From Candidatus Marinacidobacterales bacterium (GTDB lineage: Bacteria; Acidobacteriota; Vicinamibacteria; Marinacidobacterales; SMYC01), in assembly GCA_965247365.1 (NCBI GenBank), contig CBDFHB010000002.1, positions 804,745-868,744 on the forward strand: DNA of 64,000 nt, given 5' to 3'. Positions 62,360 to 64,000 of this stretch are shown here, in pieces. Made by a program: the position numbers and the translations under genes. Within the stretch, counting starts at the first letter, position 1; each line of letters begins with the position of its first letter. The notes below the pieces were generated by a model. It had not been told where the DNA came from. It ran no database searches and was given only the letters and a program-made list of their open reading frames with translations.

Positions 62360-62752
62360 CTAGGGGATTAGCTGGAAGATACCGCTCGAGAGCAGCGCCT
62401 TGATGCGCGGCTGGGTTTCCTTGTCGAAGCGGACACCGGTCAGGTAGCCGACGATCTCTTTCACAGGCTCCATTCGCTCGGCGCACCACACGATCCAGGC
62501 CGATTCCTCCAAGAGCTTGTGCTCGCGTCGGCTTCGAATTTCGAGCGTAACTTCGCTGTTGAGAGGCACTTCGCGGTTCATGATGAAGCAGGCACCTGTC
62601 TCCGACATGTTCGATATGATGCCGAAGATTTGGCGGCGCTTCTCATCGGATCGAAAGTGCACCTCGATGGCCTCCAGCGGGAGAAACCTCGGGGCTTGCT
62701 CGCTCTTGTCCTTGACGACGACTTTTGCAGGCTGTTGAATGCTGGAAGTCAC
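62360..62752 (-). CDS. PilZ-domain-like protein
   Basis: 130 aa. EKRRQIFGIISNMSETGACF contains an NxSxxG element, but the RxxxR element is incomplete. Confidence 0.6.
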   Translation of the reverse strand: MTSSIQQPAKVVVKDKSEQAPRFLPLEAIEVHFRSDEKRRQIFGIISNMSETGACFIMNREVPLNSEVTLEIRSRREHKLLEESAWIVWCAERMEPVKEIVGYLTGVRFDKETQPRIKALLSSGIFQLIP

Positions 62753-62881
62753 GGGTTTGGTCGCTCGAATCGGCTACTGTGAAGGGGGGACTATAGCAGC
62801 CTCCATCCAGTCTGCCTAGCATCGCCGGTTCCGTCAACCATCGAGTTGACGGCCCATCGGGCCGACTGCTAGCCTCATCTC

Positions 62882-63247
62882 ATGAAACTCAACGCTCTCT
62901 TGCGCTATCTGGTTGTGTTCATGACCTGTGGTCTCGCCTGCTCAGCGGTGCTCGAGCAGCCGCCGCCACGAGCCGAGGTCGAGGCCCTGCTGAAGCAGGA
63001 AGCCGAGGCCGAGAAGCAGAGAAGTGAGGCCGACGTCAATCCGGCACTCGGCGTCAAGATCTCCTGGGCGATTCAGGCCGTCGAGGTCCGCGAGCAAGCC
63101 GGAAACGAGACCCATCCTTGGGCCGGCACGATTCACTTCCTGGTCGAAAGCAAGACGCCCGATGGGGATGGCATCGCCACCGAGCGCTTCGAAAAGGCCT
63201 ACGAATACCTTTGGGACATGGAGCAGGACGCCTGGATTCCGCACTAG
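62882..63247 (+). CDS. Hypothetical lipoprotein
   Basis: MKLNALLRYLVVFMTCGLAC (lipobox-like GLAC). 121 aa. Confidence 0.5.
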   Translation: MKLNALLRYLVVFMTCGLACSAVLEQPPPRAEVEALLKQEAEAEKQRSEADVNPALGVKISWAIQAVEVREQAGNETHPWAGTIHFLVESKTPDGDGIATERFEKAYEYLWDMEQDAWIPH

Positions 63248-63349
63248 ACCAAGGCTAACTCTCCATCCCCAGTTCTGAAGCCTTACGCCTTCCCCACGCG
63301 TGATTCTCCCCGTATAATCAAAGACATACTCACAAATCGCAGCGACAAC

Positions 63350-64000
63350 ATGAACGCCATCGGGAAGCTCCTGGCTTTCGCGCTCGTAGTCTCGTCGACC
63401 CTGGTCGTCGCGGAAGACCACGGTCGGAAGCCCCCTCTGCCTCCACGGGACGGCGAATCGGTCATCCTGTTTCTTCTGGACAACTCCGCGAGTCTTCCAC
63501 CTCTCGACCCCAATACCCGGCGACGCGACGCGATCGAAAAAATCTATGGCTTCTTGAAGGGACAACCCTACCGACTGATCTTGTTCGGAGGCAGGCACGA
63601 GATCCATATCGACGCCCCGCAACACTATCGAAACGCGGGGAAGTGGACGGATTTCTTCTTCGCTTTCGACGCGACTCGCGAGCTCGTCGCTGAATATCCG
63701 GAGGGAACCGACTTCAAGATGGTCCTTATCACCGATGGGATGATCGATCCATCGCCTCGAGACTGGAGAGACCAGCACGTATCCGAGGGAGAGGACCTCA
63801 GGCGGGTGGCCGGAGAGCGCACGGGACGATTGCTGGAGCAAATTGGTCTCCCGCTCTACGTGATTCTGATTGGCGAAGAGGTGGACTACGATTTGATTCA
63901 GTCGCTGGTGGTCGCGGCCAATGGCTCGATGGCAGCCAGCGGCTACGCGCAGGGCATCGCCGATTTCTTCGACGACGATGGCATGCTGCTGCGCCGTTTC
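63350..64000 (+). CDS. von Willebrand factor A (vWA) domain protein, 3'-partial
   Basis: ATG 63350. Signal-like MNAIGKLLAFALVVSSTLVVA. MIDAS motif LFLLDNSAS. MVLITDG. The frame is open to the window end (217 codons). It is not in the ORF track because there is no stop. Confidence 0.7.
   Translation, partial: MNAIGKLLAFALVVSSTLVVAEDHGRKPPLPPRDGESVILFLLDNSASLPPLDPNTRRRDAIEKIYGFLKGQPYRLILFGGRHEIHIDAPQHYRNAGKWTDFFFAFDATRELVAEYPEGTDFKMVLITDGMIDPSPRDWRDQHVSEGEDLRRVAGERTGRLLEQIGLPLYVILIGEEVDYDLIQSLVVAANGSMAASGYAQGIADFFDDDGMLLRRF

Noticed and set aside
62942-63841. 299-aa minus-strand ORF spanning the lipoprotein and vWA genes.
   Set aside because: It is antisense to two plus-strand ORFs that carry a lipobox and a MIDAS motif respectively, and it has no motifs of its own.
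1-64000. Scan for tRNA, rRNA, tmRNA, riboswitch and integrase signatures.
   Set aside because: No T-loop/acceptor-like GGTTCGAATCC contexts occur outside coding sequence. No rRNA-like stretches, no recognisable riboswitch cores and no tyrosine or serine recombinase ORFs were seen by eye. An Infernal/tRNAscan run would be needed to be certain.

Overview
64-kb high-GC bacterial segment. Spot counts are 39-44 G+C per 60 nt in native parts. Gene content resembles Acidobacteriota-type soil bacteria, which is inference only.

(1) 1-9.9 kb: secreted hydrolases and an outer-membrane receptor. These are a BNR/Asp-box propeller, a DUF4097 lipoprotein, an S9 peptidase and a CarboxypepD_reg-type TonB-dependent receptor.

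(2) 9.9-32.5 kb: a heavily rearranged accessory zone.
- It holds five IS-derived elements: an IS903-group remnant, two different complete IS21 elements with target-site duplications (one splits an Nramp transporter gene), an IS6 copy with perfect 14-bp IRs, and a 109-bp mini-element bounded by IS6 IRs.
- At least ten genes are disrupted.
- A ~6-kb low-GC island (UbiD-family decarboxylase, UbiX, TRAP transporter, DUF2390) starts abruptly inside a trmO-like gene.

(3) 32.7-59.8 kb: a di-haem peroxidase-like lipoprotein, then a 25-kb uninterrupted minus-strand block.
- A 10-gene glycan (EPS/LPS-like) operon.
- A 1622-aa ELWxxDG-repeat protein.
- Three consecutive proteins sharing an N-terminal DUF4214 module. 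Two are fused to clan-A glycosidase barrels, and one of those is interrupted by a single TGA.
- A 1630-aa LamG/GH140-like/CBM9-like protein.

(4) 59.9-62.2 kb: a low-GC, IR-bounded IS1595-type element. Its transposase is translationally coupled to a Dam-class methyltransferase and a small PD-(D/E)XK-like nuclease. This is the most unusual unit in the window.

(5) Right end: PilZ-like protein, lipoprotein, vWA protein (3'-partial).

No rRNA, tRNA or CRISPR array was seen. All family assignments come from motif recognition by eye, not from database searches.
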